A stretch of 64,000 nucleotides of DNA, taken from positions 121,228 to 185,227 of the forward strand of contig OZ246416.1 in assembly GCA_965231095.1 (NCBI GenBank), read 5' to 3'. The position numbers and the translations under genes were made by a program. Every line of letters begins with the position of its first letter. The first letter of the stretch is position 1. The notes beneath the pieces were generated by a model. It did no database searches and was not told the origin of the DNA. It saw only the letters and a program-made list of their open reading frames with translations. Origin of the DNA: an uncultured Gammaproteobacteria bacterium. Its GTDB lineage: Bacteria > Patescibacteriota > Patescibacteriia > XYB2-FULL-38-15. Below, piece after piece: positions 47,034-57,136 of this stretch.

Positions 47034-48410
47034 ATGGATTTAAAAACGGCGAAGAAAATTTATTTTATTGGTATAAAGGGCGCGGGCATGACCGCCATTG
47101 CCCAAGTTTTGAAATTGCGAGGGGCGGAAGTCACGGGCTCGGACACGCATGAGAAATTTTTTACTGATGAAGTTTTAGAAAAAAGCGGAATAAAATTTTA
47201 TGAAAGTTTTGACGCGGGGAATTTGGCGGCGGAAAAACCGGATTTGGTAATTTATTCTACGGCTTACACCGAGGAAAATATAGAGCTCGCGGCGGCGAGG
47301 AAAAGCGGAGTCGCGATTTTAAGTTATCCCGAAGCGCTGGGAAAAATTTTGAAAGAAGGATTTGGAATTGCCGTTTGTGGAACGCATGGAAAAACGACGA
47401 CCACCGCGATGCTGGGATTTGTTTTGCAGGAACTGGGCGCGGACCCAACAGTTGTTGTTGGTTCATCTGTACCGCAGCTTGGCGGGAACGCGCGGAATGG
47501 CGGTGGAAAATATGTAGTAATTGAGGCCGATGAATATCAAAATAAATTTTTATATTTTGATCCGCGGGCCGTGGTTTTGACGAGCGCGGAATATGATCAT
47601 CCGGATTTTTTTAAAACGCCGGAAGAATATAATGACGCTTTTCGGAAATTCGTGGCAAAAATTCCAACAGATGGATTTTTGGTGGCCTGTGCTGATGATA
47701 AAAATGTTTTGGAAATTGCGAAGTCGGCGAAGTGTAAAATAATTTTTTATGGATTAGCTGGCGGGGAGTGGAGCGCAAAAAATATTGTGGCGCGAGATGA
47801 TGGAATGGAGTTTGAAGTTTTAGAAAAGGGTGAGTCGCGCGGAATTTTTAAAATTCAATTAGTCGGTGAGCATAATGTGGCGAATGCTTTGGCAGTAATT
47901 GCTGTGGCGGTGGAACTCGGTTTTGATTTAGAAAAAATTCGCGAAGCATTGGAAAAGTTTTCCGGCGCGGTGCGGCGGTTTGAAATAAAAGGTGAGGCGA
48001 ATGGGGTTTTAGTAATTGACGATTATGGCCATCATCCGACGGAAATCAGAGTGACGCTTGAAGCGGCGCGGCAGAAATATCCGGACCGGCGGATTTGGTG
48101 CGTTTTTCATCCGCATACTTTTACTAGGACAAAAGCGTTGCTCCGGGATTTTTCAAAATCATTTGGCGCGGCGGATAAAACAATTGTGATTGATATTTAC
48201 GGTTCAGCGCGCGAAGCCACGGGAGGCGTGAGTTCAGGGGATCTTGTGGAGGCAATAAAAAAAGAGGGCAAGGATACTCTCTATGTTCCGACAATTAATG
48301 AAGCGGCGGATTTTTTGGCGCGCGAAATCAAATCTGGCGATGTAGTAATCACTATGGGCGCGGGTGATGTTTGGCGAATCGGAGAGGTGTTACTCAAAAG
48401 ATTAGTATAA
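47034..48410 (+). CDS. murC: UDP-N-acetylmuramate--L-alanine ligase
   Basis: IGIKGAGMTAIAQVL, GTHGKTTTTAMLG (P-loop), Mur ligase middle and C-terminal domains; 458 aa. Confidence 0.9.
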   Translation: MDLKTAKKIYFIGIKGAGMTAIAQVLKLRGAEVTGSDTHEKFFTDEVLEKSGIKFYESFDAGNLAAEKPDLVIYSTAYTEENIELAAARKSGVAILSYPEALGKILKEGFGIAVCGTHGKTTTTAMLGFVLQELGADPTVVVGSSVPQLGGNARNGGGKYVVIEADEYQNKFLYFDPRAVVLTSAEYDHPDFFKTPEEYNDAFRKFVAKIPTDGFLVACADDKNVLEIAKSAKCKIIFYGLAGGEWSAKNIVARDDGMEFEVLEKGESRGIFKIQLVGEHNVANALAVIAVAVELGFDLEKIREALEKFSGAVRRFEIKGEANGVLVIDDYGHHPTEIRVTLEAARQKYPDRRIWCVFHPHTFTRTKALLRDFSKSFGAADKTIVIDIYGSAREATGGVSSGDLVEAIKKEGKDTLYVPTINEAADFLAREIKSGDVVITMGAGDVWRIGEVLLKRLV

Positions 48411-49181
48411 TGGCATTTTACCGCGGTGCGGCGAATCTTGGACGTAGGTCGGAAGACAAATTCCGGAAATTTTTTTGCGCAATTGGCGCATTATTTTTTT
48501 ACCATTTTTTATATTTACCCAATATTTTTTCGTGCCGCGGGCCGGATCGCACTGGTGCAAATAGTATGGCTTCACGCCGAGCTCTACGAGGCCGTAAAAT
48601 AATTTTTTTAAAATTTCAAAATTGTCATTTACGCCGCGAAGCAAAACTGATTGAGAGAGGAGGGGAATGTTGGCCGTTCGTAATAGCGCGACGGCTTTTT
48701 TAAATTGGGGAGTAATTTCTTTTGGATGATTTACATGAATTACAATCCAAAGCGGCGCGGCGTTTTTTAAAGTGGTCACGAGTTTTTTTGTGATGCGTTT
48801 CGGAAGCGTAACCGGAATCCGGGTGTGGATGCGTAAAATTCTGATATGCGAAATGGCATGAAGTTTTTTTAAAATATCCGACAAAGTTTTGTCGTCCAAA
48901 AACAGGGGATCTCCGCCGGACAAAATTACCTCGCGGATGGATTTATCTTTTTTAATATAGCTAATCGCCGCGACCATCTCTTTTTCCGCGAGCGCTCCAT
49001 TTTTGCCATCCACTAAATTTTTTCTAAAACAAAAATCGCAGTACCTTGGGCACTCGTAAGTCGGGCAAAAAATTACGCGATCAGTATATTTTCTGACAAT
49101 TCCCTTGACTGGCGAATATTTTTTTTCGGCCAGCGGATCATCGGATTCATAAATAGTTGATTTTATATTTGTATGTTTCAT
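48402..49181 (-). CDS. KamA-family radical SAM protein (lysine 2,3-aminomutase/EpmB-like)
   Basis: CPRYCDFCFRK (CxxxCxxC) and ILSGGDPL motifs characteristic of KamA/EpmB; 259 aa (short). Confidence 0.6.
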   Translation of the reverse strand: MKHTNIKSTIYESDDPLAEKKYSPVKGIVRKYTDRVIFCPTYECPRYCDFCFRKNLVDGKNGALAEKEMVAAISYIKKDKSIREVILSGGDPLFLDDKTLSDILKKLHAISHIRILRIHTRIPVTLPKRITKKLVTTLKNAAPLWIVIHVNHPKEITPQFKKAVALLRTANIPLLSQSVLLRGVNDNFEILKKLFYGLVELGVKPYYLHQCDPARGTKKYWVNIKNGKKIMRQLRKKISGICLPTYVQDSPHRGKMPLY

Positions 49182-49241
49182 ATGCTAAATATTAAAGGAT
49201 TTTAAAAGACTTTTCAACAGTCTTGTATTTTAGATTATTTT

Positions 49242-50237
49242 TTGTTAAAATTAAGAAGATTTATGATTAAAGAATTGCGAGAAAAATTAGGCGAGGGAGT
49301 TTTGGAGAATGAGGCACTTTCACGCCATTGCACTTTTAAAATCGGCGGACCGGCGAAGTATTTTTTTGTCGCAAAAAATTCCGAGGAAATTGTGAGGGCG
49401 GCGGAGGCGGCGAATGAATTGGGATTGAAAGTTTTTGTTTTGAGCGGCGGGAGTAATGTGCTTTTTGCGGATACAGGGTTTGATGGATTAGTGGTGAAAG
49501 TTAATAGTTCACAGCTAGCAGTTCACGGTGCAGATTTTAAGATTGAAGCAGATGCGGGTGTAATGTTAGCCGAAGTGGTCGCGGCCGCGGCGGAAAATAG
49601 TTTCACCGGCCTTGAATGGGCAGCCGGGATTCCGGGGACAGTCGGCGGAGCGGTGCGAGGAAATGCCGGAGCGTATGGAAAAGCGACAGGGAGCGCGGTG
49701 GAAGAAGTTGAAACGCTGAGAATGGAAAAGGGAAAATGGAAAGCGGAAAAGTGCAAAAATAATGATTGCAAGTTTGGGTATAGAGAAAGTGTTTTTAAAC
49801 GCGAGGGTGGAATTGTCTTGAAAGTAATTTTTAAATTGGCAGCGGGAGATAAAAATAAAATAAAAGAGGAGATGGATAAAATTTTCGTGGCGCGAGACGG
49901 GAAAATTCCCCAAGATCCTTCCGCCGGATCATTTATGAAAAATGTGGTGGTGACAGACGAGATTGTAAAAATAGTAAAGGAACATACTCACGAAGACGTG
50001 CCGGTCGATTATATCCAAAAAGGAAAAATTCCCGCGGCGTGGCTTATAACCCAGTGCGACTTGAAAGGTAAACAAATCGGCGGGGCGAAGATTTCAGAAA
50101 AGCATGCCAATTTTATCGTGAACGCGGGAGGCGCCTCGGCGGCTGATGTTATTGCCCTCGCGAGTTTGGTTAAAATGAAAGTGAGAGACGAGGTTGGAGT
50201 GCAGTTGGAAGAAGAGATTGAGTACGTGGGATTTTGA
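49242..50237 (+). CDS. murB: UDP-N-acetylenolpyruvoylglucosamine reductase
   Basis: FAD-binding (FKIGGPAKYF…LSGGSNVLF) and MurB C-terminal domain; 331 aa. Confidence 0.85.
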   Translation: MLKLRRFMIKELREKLGEGVLENEALSRHCTFKIGGPAKYFFVAKNSEEIVRAAEAANELGLKVFVLSGGSNVLFADTGFDGLVVKVNSSQLAVHGADFKIEADAGVMLAEVVAAAAENSFTGLEWAAGIPGTVGGAVRGNAGAYGKATGSAVEEVETLRMEKGKWKAEKCKNNDCKFGYRESVFKREGGIVLKVIFKLAAGDKNKIKEEMDKIFVARDGKIPQDPSAGSFMKNVVVTDEIVKIVKEHTHEDVPVDYIQKGKIPAAWLITQCDLKGKQIGGAKISEKHANFIVNAGGASAADVIALASLVKMKVRDEVGVQLEEEIEYVGF

Positions 50238-50315
50238 TTGAAGTAACTGGTAATTAGTAATTGGTAATTGGTAAATTGAATAATCTTTTAAATCTGCTAT
50301 AATAATCTAAATTTT

Positions 50316-50744
50316 ATGAAAATTTCCCTAAAGTGGACAAACTTAGAACCGATTGAGAGTATTGATGTTTTTGTTGAAGAAAAAATCGGCGGACTGGCAA
50401 AATTTATTCCGACCTATGATGCCGACGGCGTGGCCGAGGCCTGGGTTGAAGTGGCGCGGACAACAAAGCATCACAAAACCGGAGAAATGGTTTATCTTGC
50501 CGAAGTAGACATCCGTTTGCCAGGAAAAGTTTTGCGGGCCGAGGAAACGCATAAAGATTTGAGGCAGGCGATCGTGCTCGTGAAAAAAGAATTGGAGCGG
50601 CAGATAAAATCTTATAAAGGCGCCAAAGACGCGAAAGTAAAACGCGGCGGGCGGTTGGCCAAGAGAATGACGGTCGTGGCAAAAGGGGTGCGGCCGGGAG
50701 ACGAAGAGATAAAAGGAAAAAGAGAAAGAGAAGAAGGAATATAA
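50316..50744 (+). CDS. hpf: Ribosome hibernation-promoting factor / RaiA family
   Basis: MKISLKWTNLEPIESIDVFVEEKIGGLAKF… matches the sigma-54-modulation/HPF fold; 142 aa. Confidence 0.6.
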   Translation: MKISLKWTNLEPIESIDVFVEEKIGGLAKFIPTYDADGVAEAWVEVARTTKHHKTGEMVYLAEVDIRLPGKVLRAEETHKDLRQAIVLVKKELERQIKSYKGAKDAKVKRGGRLAKRMTVVAKGVRPGDEEIKGKREREEGI

Positions 50745-50819
50745 ATTAATTTTTAATTTTCAATTATCAATTTTCAATAAATTTCAAAATTCGTAATTCT
50801 TAATTCATAATTCACTAAA

Positions 50820-51362
50820 ATGGTTCCAACAAAAGTTTTTTTTACGAAAGGCGTCGGACGGCACAAAGAAATGCTCCAATCTTTTGAGGCGGCGTTGCGC
50901 GACGCGGGGATTGAAAAGTTTAATATTGTTTGCGTTTCCAGTATTTTTCCGCCAAGCTGTAAAACAATAAATAAAACTCAAGGGCTTACTGAGCTTAAAG
51001 CCGGAGAAATAGTTTATTGCGTGATGGCGAGAAATTCCACCAACGAACCAAATCGGCTAATTGCCTCGTCAATTGGTTTGGCGCTGCCGGCCGATCCGAC
51101 GCACTATGGTTATCTTTCCGAACATCATCCATTTGGCGAGACCGATCAAAAAGCCGGGGAATACGCCGAAGATTTAGCGGCATCAATGCTTGCCTCAACG
51201 CTTGGCGTGGAATTTGATTGCAATCAGGCTTGGGATGAGCGCGAACAAATTTACAAAGTTAGCGGAAAAATAGTTAAAACAACAAACATTACTCAATCAG
51301 CCATTGCCGACAAAAACGGTCTCTGGACAACAGTGATTTCCGCGGCCGTATTTGTTCCATAA
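50820..51362 (+). CDS. pdaD: Pyruvoyl-dependent arginine decarboxylase
   Basis: [17 protein letters not shown]…[11 protein letters not shown] (Ser for pyruvoyl formation in the VSSI context); 180 aa; archaeal-type enzyme. Confidence 0.8.
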   Translation: MVPTKVFFTKGVGRHKEMLQSFEAALRDAGIEKFNIVCVSSIFPPSCKTINKTQGLTELKAGEIVYCVMARNSTNEPNRLIASSIGLALPADPTHYGYLSEHHPFGETDQKAGEYAEDLAASMLASTLGVEFDCNQAWDEREQIYKVSGKIVKTTNITQSAIADKNGLWTTVISAAVFVP

Positions 51363-51371
51363 TATTTTTTT

Positions 51372-54083
51372 ATGTCATTGCTCGAAAAGATCCTTGGTGA
51401 TCCAAATAAAAAAACAATAGAAAAAATAATGCCGATTGTCGGGCAAATAAACGAACTCGAAGGAAAATTCGAGTCGTTTTCTTTTGATGAATTAAAGGGG
51501 ATGACGGCAAGTTTTAAAGAACGCTTGGCAAAAGGTGAGGCTTTGGAAGATATTTTGCCCGAGGCATTTGCCGTAGTACGCGAGACGGCAAAGCGCGTTT
51601 TGGGCCAGCGGCATTTTGACGCGCAGTTAATCGGCGGCGTTATTTTGCATCGCGGTCAGATCGCGGAAATGAAAACCGGTGAAGGAAAAACTTTGACCGC
51701 GACACTGGCCGTGTATTTGAATGCGCTCGCGGGCGGCGGAGTTCATGTTGTCACCGTTAATGATTATTTGGCGAAAAGAGATGCGACTTGGATGGGAAAA
51801 ATTTATCACGCATTAGGAATGTCGGTTGGTTGTATTGGGCACGACGCGGCGTTTTTGTATGATCCGGAATATAAGAATGAGGCGGCGGCGGGAGATGGCA
51901 GCCAAACGGCCAGTTTCAAAGTTGCGGAAGAATTTTTGCGACCGGTAGCGCGAAAAGAATCTTACGCCGCGGATATTCTTTATGGCACAAATAACGAATT
52001 TGGTTTTGATTATTTGCGCGACAACATGGTGACGAGTTTGGAAAATATGGCGCAGCGCCAGTTGAATTTCGCGATTGTTGATGAAGTTGACAGCATTTTA
52101 ATTGATGAAGCGCGAACGCCTTTGATTATTTCCGCGCCAGCCGAGGAGTCGGGAGAACTTTACGCGAAATTTGCCGATCTCGTGCGGCGGCTAAAAGAAA
52201 ATGAAGATTATAATATTGATGAAAAAATGCGCGCGGCGACACTGACCGAAGCGGGTATCGCCAAAATGGAAAAATGGTTGGGGGTGGGAAATATTTATAC
52301 CTCGGGCGGAATTACCATGGTTCATCATATTGAGCAAGCGTTGCGCGCCGAGACTTTATTTAAACGCGACCGGGATTATGTTGTCCGAGAGGGAGAGGTG
52401 ATAATTGTTGATGAATTTACCGGACGGTTGATGATTGGCCGGCGGTACAGCGAAGGCTTGCATCAAGCGATTGAAGCGAAAGAAGGCGTGCGCGTTCGCG
52501 AAGAATCAAAAACTTTGGCCACCGTCACTTTTCAAAATTTATTTCGGCTTTATAAAAAACTTGCCGGCATGACCGGTACCGCCCTAACCGAAGCGGAAGA
52601 ATTTTCCAAAATTTATAATTTGGAAGTTGTTTCCATTCCGACCAACAAACCAATGGTCCGCGCTGATTTGGCTGATAGAATTTATCGGACGGAAATGGGA
52701 AAATTTGCGGCGGTGGTCCGCGAAATTAAAGAACGCCATGAAAAAGGTCAGCCAGTTTTGGTGGGCACAATTTCCATTGAGAAAAATGAAATTTTAAGCC
52801 AGATGCTCGAGCGCGAAGGAATTACGCACCAAATTTTGAACGCAAAAAATCACGAAAAAGAAGCGGAAATTATTGCTCAAGCCGGACGAGCAGGCGCGGT
52901 GACCGTCGCGACCAATATGGCCGGCCGCGGCGTTGATATTATTTTAGGAGGAAACCCGGCTAATCCAGAAGAAGCAAAAAAAGTTCGGGAATTTGGTGGT
53001 TTGCATATTCTCGGCACTGAACGTCACGAATCTCGCAGAATTGATAATCAGTTGCGCGGTCGTGCCGGACGCCAGGGCGATCCTGGTTCATCGCAATTTT
53101 ATCTTTCGCTTGAAGATAATTTGATGAGAATTTTTGCCGGCGACCGATTAAAAGGTTTGATGACGCGGCTCAATATGCCGGAAGATATGCCGATTGAAAA
53201 TAAAATGGTTTCTCGCTCGCTTGAATCGGCACAGCGCCGCGTGGAAGGTCATAACTTTGATATCAGAAAACATTTGCTTGAGTACGACGATGTCATGAAT
53301 AAACATCGTGAAGTGATTTATAAAAAACGCCGCGACATTTTGGCGGCGGAAAATAGCAAAGATAAAGTTTTGGAAATGGTGGAGGATGAAATTGAACAAG
53401 TTGTTTTATTTCATACCGCTTCAGAACAGGAAGGGGATTGGAATTTGGAAGAAATTTATGAAGTGGTTGGGACAATTTTCCCGGTGCCGCTGGAAGTGCG
53501 CATAAAAATGGAAGATCTTAAACGCTGGGCTGGTGATAAGGCACACGACGCGGCGGTTCGCACGCGCATCATCGAATATTTGATGGAACTCGCGCGTGGA
53601 GCTTATGAAAATTTAGAAAAGAGAATTTCCGAGCAGGCGGAAAAAATAAAACAGGATGGAGAAAAAATAATGCGCCAAATCGAGCAGGCGATGATGCTTC
53701 GGGCGATTGATTCACTTTGGGTTGATCACTTAAGCGCGGTTGATTATTTGCGCACGGGAATTGGTCTTCGCGGTTATGGCCAGCATGATCCGCTTGTTGA
53801 ATACAAAAAAGAAACATACAGAATGTTTCAGGAATTGATGCATTTTATAAATCGGGAAGTTGTTTATAATATTTATAAAGTCGGCTTGGAAACAAAAACC
53901 GCGCCGTCACTTTTAGATCGGCAAGGAGTAAAAATGTCCGCTCCGGCAAAAGAAGGAGATAGCCGAAACGCGCCGGCTGATATCAAAGCCAAACCTCGTA
54001 CGGCCGAAGGAGAAAAAATCGGCCGCAATGATCCATGTCCTTGCGGGAGTGGGAAAAAGTATAAAAAGTGTCATGGGAAGTAG
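51372..54083 (+). CDS. secA: Protein translocase subunit SecA
   Basis: DEAD-motor Walker [10 protein letters not shown], preprotein cross-linking domain, C-terminal zinc-binding [14 protein letters not shown]; 903 aa. Confidence 0.95.
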   Translation: MSLLEKILGDPNKKTIEKIMPIVGQINELEGKFESFSFDELKGMTASFKERLAKGEALEDILPEAFAVVRETAKRVLGQRHFDAQLIGGVILHRGQIAEMKTGEGKTLTATLAVYLNALAGGGVHVVTVNDYLAKRDATWMGKIYHALGMSVGCIGHDAAFLYDPEYKNEAAAGDGSQTASFKVAEEFLRPVARKESYAADILYGTNNEFGFDYLRDNMVTSLENMAQRQLNFAIVDEVDSILIDEARTPLIISAPAEESGELYAKFADLVRRLKENEDYNIDEKMRAATLTEAGIAKMEKWLGVGNIYTSGGITMVHHIEQALRAETLFKRDRDYVVREGEVIIVDEFTGRLMIGRRYSEGLHQAIEAKEGVRVREESKTLATVTFQNLFRLYKKLAGMTGTALTEAEEFSKIYNLEVVSIPTNKPMVRADLADRIYRTEMGKFAAVVREIKERHEKGQPVLVGTISIEKNEILSQMLEREGITHQILNAKNHEKEAEIIAQAGRAGAVTVATNMAGRGVDIILGGNPANPEEAKKVREFGGLHILGTERHESRRIDNQLRGRAGRQGDPGSSQFYLSLEDNLMRIFAGDRLKGLMTRLNMPEDMPIENKMVSRSLESAQRRVEGHNFDIRKHLLEYDDVMNKHREVIYKKRRDILAAENSKDKVLEMVEDEIEQVVLFHTASEQEGDWNLEEIYEVVGTIFPVPLEVRIKMEDLKRWAGDKAHDAAVRTRIIEYLMELARGAYENLEKRISEQAEKIKQDGEKIMRQIEQAMMLRAIDSLWVDHLSAVDYLRTGIGLRGYGQHDPLVEYKKETYRMFQELMHFINREVVYNIYKVGLETKTAPSLLDRQGVKMSAPAKEGDSRNAPADIKAKPRTAEGEKIGRNDPCPCGSGKKYKKCHGK

Positions 54084-54132
54084 GAGCTGACAAATAGAGC
54101 CGTTTCCGTCCGCAAACTGCGGATAAAGGGAA

Positions 54133-54163
54133 AAACCCCGTGCGATGAGCACGGGGTTTTTCT
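54133..54163 (+). terminator. Rho-independent terminator after secA
   Basis: aaaaccccgtgc-gatga-gcacggggttttt. Confidence 0.75.
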
Positions 54164-54265
54164 ATGCCAAAATCCCGATCTCGAAAAAATAAATACTGCT
54201 CGTCGAAGGTCGAGGTACGCGGCACCAGAGTCCGCAAGCTTACAAAAGTTGACACAACACCGAGT

Positions 54266-54526
54266 ATGAAAAACATCACACAAGTGAAGAAAAACATACG
54301 CGAAGAAGTTCGCGGAAAGGTCATGCGGGAGCGTATCCGGGCCGTCGCCGAAAGTTTGGCCAAAGACCTCGAAGACAATATCGCCGATGAGGTCGGCAAC
54401 CTAACTGGAAAGCTGACGACGGACTTCCTGGATGGAGGATCAGAAATCGAATCGGAGCTCATGGGCTACGCCTTCGATCAGATCAACGACGCCCTGCTCG
54501 GTGAGATCAAGAAAGAACTCAAATGA
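54266..54526 (+). CDS. Phage-island hypothetical protein
   Basis: Start uncertain (track ORF begins at 54164); helical, acidic C-terminus. Confidence 0.4.
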   Translation: MKNITQVKKNIREEVRGKVMRERIRAVAESLAKDLEDNIADEVGNLTGKLTTDFLDGGSEIESELMGYAFDQINDALLGEIKKELK

Positions 54527-54623
54527 CCACGGGTCGATTGATAGCTCAATCGAAGTCTAGTCAGAGACTTGGATGCGACAACAAACAGAGCTACATCAAC
54601 GACCCCGACGAGCAACCAAACGT

Positions 54624-54815
54624 ATGAACGCAATCACTTACGAGCAAGCGAAGAAAACCTTCACCATAGCATCCGAAGCCATCGCCTTCCTGGTGACTCT
54701 CGACATGCTAATCCTCTTCGCATCGCTCGCTCAAATCATGGTGGAGGGCCAGACCGGACACTGGAGTCCTTTCTGGCGGGCACAAGCGGATCTGGTGTTG
54801 AGACTCTTCACATGA
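54624..54815 (+). CDS. Small hydrophobic protein (63 aa)
   Basis: TM helix IAFLVTLDMLILFASLAQIMV; stop overlaps the next start in ATGA. Confidence 0.45.
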   Translation: MNAITYEQAKKTFTIASEAIAFLVTLDMLILFASLAQIMVEGQTGHWSPFWRAQADLVLRLFT

Positions 54816-55135
54816 GAGATCTCAAGCCGACCCGCGCGGTCACCTACCGCAGATACGGAACTCCAGCAGTGATCCTTGAAGGGAAATGGCTTACGGATCG
54901 CTACAAATTGAAGATAGGTGACCGCATTGATGTGGAGTTCCTGGATAAAGAAATACGGCTCCGGAAGTCGAACCGGGCCGCTCAGAAAAAGAAAATCTCC
55001 CCGAAGGGAGATGATCAGCAAATTAATTATATCAATCCACCTTCGGGCAAGTCAAATAACAATTATGAACAACCAAGCACAACCAACAGCAACGAGGGTG
55101 CGACCGAGAGAAACGGAGAAGGAAACGACAGATAG
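54812..55135 (+). CDS. SymE-like / AbrB-fold (SpoVT-AbrB) protein
   Basis: RAVTYRRYGTPAVILEGKWLTDRYKLKIGDRIDVEFLDKEIRL parallels E. coli SymE (Y…YP…IP.ItLkGqWLe.aGF..G..VdV); low-complexity N/S/G tail. Confidence 0.45.
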   Translation: MRDLKPTRAVTYRRYGTPAVILEGKWLTDRYKLKIGDRIDVEFLDKEIRLRKSNRAAQKKKISPKGDDQQINYINPPSGKSNNNYEQPSTTNSNEGATERNGEGNDR

Positions 55136-56321
55136 CTTCTTCGCGCCGATTGGCAACACCAAGCCCTACTTCAAAGCGGCCTTCCAAGGCTTCGCGGGTA
55201 GCGGCAAAACATTCACCGCAGCGCAGGTCGCGGTCGGACTGCACAAGCGAATAGGTTCGAAAAAACCGATCGTAATCTTCGACACCGAACAAGCATCAAA
55301 ATTCCTCAAGCCGCTTTTCGCGGAAGCCGGAATCGAAGTGCTCGTCCGCGAATCGAAGTCACTGGCCGACCTACGGCAAACGATGGAAAAGATGCGCTCC
55401 GGAATATCGGACATCCTTCTCATCGATTCCATCTCGCACGTATGGGAGGGGTTCCTCCAATCCTACGCAGAAAAAGTTCACCGGACACGCCTGGAATTCC
55501 AGGACTGGGGAATCATCAAGCCGACATGGAAGCGGGAATTCTCCGACCCATTCGTGAGCGACGGGTACCACGCGATCTTCACCGGCCGCGCTGGGTACGA
55601 GTACGACAACGAAAAGAATGCCGACACCGGCAAACGCGAAATCTTCAAGTCCGGAATCAAGATGAAGGTCGAAGGCGAAACCGCCTACGAGCCGGACATG
55701 CTCGTCCTCATGGAGCGCTTCGAAGAAGTGCTCGGAGACGACAAGAAGGTCTGGCGCGAAGCCACGATCATCAAAGACCGAAGCACCCTGCTCGACGGCC
55801 GGACTTATAAAAACCCGACCTATGAGAACTTCGCGCCGATAGTAGAAGCCCTGCTCACCGATCCAATTCCGAGAGACACGGTAGTCATGCCTGAATCGGA
55901 CACCGGCTTACTCTTCCGAACCGAGGAGGAAAAAGCCGAATGGCGCAGAGAGCGCGACAAATGGATAGAGGAACTAGATGGTCTCCTTATCCGCATCGCA
56001 CCCGGCGCGGTCGGCCGAGACAAGCAGCTAAAGCTTGACCTACTGGATCGAGTATTCGGAACGACCTCAATGACAGCAATCGGCGAGCTCCGGCCTGAAC
56101 GCCTGGCCGACGGCTATAAGAAGCTGGGCCTTGAAGCCGTGTCGATGGGCATCGCAGAAATTGTAGAACTCCCGGATGGGCGCAAACGCCTAGTCTCAAA
56201 GCTGCCTCCTAATGGCAACGGGAATGGAAACGGAAATGGGAATGGGAATGGGCACTCTCACACCGAAGAAAAGTCGAAGCCCGCTCCGGTCCCAGCAAAG
56301 AAAGGAACTAAGAAAAAGTAA
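55065..56321 (+). CDS. Phage P-loop ATPase (AAA_24 / Sak4-like) with C-terminal extension and (GN)7 repeat
   Basis: Walker A AFQGFAGSGKTFTAAQ, Walker B-like ILLIDSISHVW; the C-terminal about 170 aa are unassigned; ends with PPNGNGNGNGNGNGNGH. Confidence 0.55.
   Translation: MNNQAQPTATRVRPRETEKETTDSFFAPIGNTKPYFKAAFQGFAGSGKTFTAAQVAVGLHKRIGSKKPIVIFDTEQASKFLKPLFAEAGIEVLVRESKSLADLRQTMEKMRSGISDILLIDSISHVWEGFLQSYAEKVHRTRLEFQDWGIIKPTWKREFSDPFVSDGYHAIFTGRAGYEYDNEKNADTGKREIFKSGIKMKVEGETAYEPDMLVLMERFEEVLGDDKKVWREATIIKDRSTLLDGRTYKNPTYENFAPIVEALLTDPIPRDTVVMPESDTGLLFRTEEEKAEWRRERDKWIEELDGLLIRIAPGAVGRDKQLKLDLLDRVFGTTSMTAIGELRPERLADGYKKLGLEAVSMGIAEIVELPDGRKRLVSKLPPNGNGNGNGNGNGNGHSHTEEKSKPAPVPAKKGTKKK
56207..56250 (+). 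repeat. In-frame hexanucleotide tandem repeat (GGNAAY)x7 encoding (Gly-Asn)7
   Basis: aatggcaacgggaatggaaacggaaatgggaatgggaatggg. Confidence 0.8.
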
Positions 56322-56404
56322 CCACCGGCGTTAGCTTCCGACTCTGCCCTCATCGCGGAAGCGTGAGGTCAGAGATCGGAAGCCGACAAAGGATCAAACA
56401 TCTT

Positions 56405-56779
56405 ATGGGAATAGACATCTACGCGCGCTGGAAAAACCAGACGCCAAAGCAAAAGAAAAAGCAGATCACTGGCTTCTCAGTGGAGCACGGCAATGTCGGG
56501 TACTTGCGTGAAGCGTACCGGGGAGAGCACTTCGCAACGCGATACTTGTGCCGCGAAGCCTTCGGGAAAAACAACGAAGCAAAAATCCCGGCCAAGCTTC
56601 TACGCGAACGATTGCCAAGAACTCTCGAAGTGGTCGAACAACGAGAGCGAACGATTTATAAGCAAACGGATCAAAAGAAAATCGACAAAGTGAAGCAAAG
56701 CTTCGTTGACTTCGTGGATCTCTGCGAACGGAAAGAGAAAGAAACCGGAGAGCCATGCACGATAATCGCCAACTACTGA
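56405..56779 (+). CDS. Phage-island hypothetical protein
   Basis: 125 aa from the internal ATG; no recognisable motif. Confidence 0.45.
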   Translation: MGIDIYARWKNQTPKQKKKQITGFSVEHGNVGYLREAYRGEHFATRYLCREAFGKNNEAKIPAKLLRERLPRTLEVVEQRERTIYKQTDQKKIDKVKQSFVDFVDLCERKEKETGEPCTIIANY

Positions 56780-56781
56780 CC

Positions 56782-57057
56782 ATGAAATACGCATTCAACC
56801 TCGAATGGAACGAGCTTCCAGAAGAACTAAGGGAAGCAAAAATCCGGGAGTACATCCTCGCCGGAGACAAGCGTGACTGCGAAGAATGCGATGGCGTGGG
56901 AGAGATTCCTACGGCAATGGAACGAGGCGACATAAAAGCCAGCAAGCCATGCAGCAATTGCAGTGGAACCGGCCGAGTCAATCCTGACCCGGACGACCTG
57001 CACCAGCAAGAGGAAGCAGAAGAAGACATCCGCATTCACTTCCCGATTTACTTCTAA
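56782..57057 (+). CDS. Small DnaJ-type zinc-finger protein (two CxxCxGxG motifs)
   Basis: CEECDGVG and CSNCSGTG; acidic C-terminal tail. Confidence 0.5.
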   Translation: MKYAFNLEWNELPEELREAKIREYILAGDKRDCEECDGVGEIPTAMERGDIKASKPCSNCSGTGRVNPDPDDLHQQEEAEEDIRIHFPIYF

Positions 57058-57136
57058 CGGCTCTCGATTCTGTCCTGACCGCGAGAGCGTCAGGCCAGAA
57101 ATCGGGGAGCTGTTTCCCTTTCGTCCAACAAAAAAC

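Noticed and set aside
54569-54811. Upstream 81 codons of ORF 54569..55135
   Set aside because: Ser/Thr/His-rich translation that overlaps the small hydrophobic ORF 54624..54815 in another frame. The SymE-like domain begins at the ATGA-coupled start 54812.
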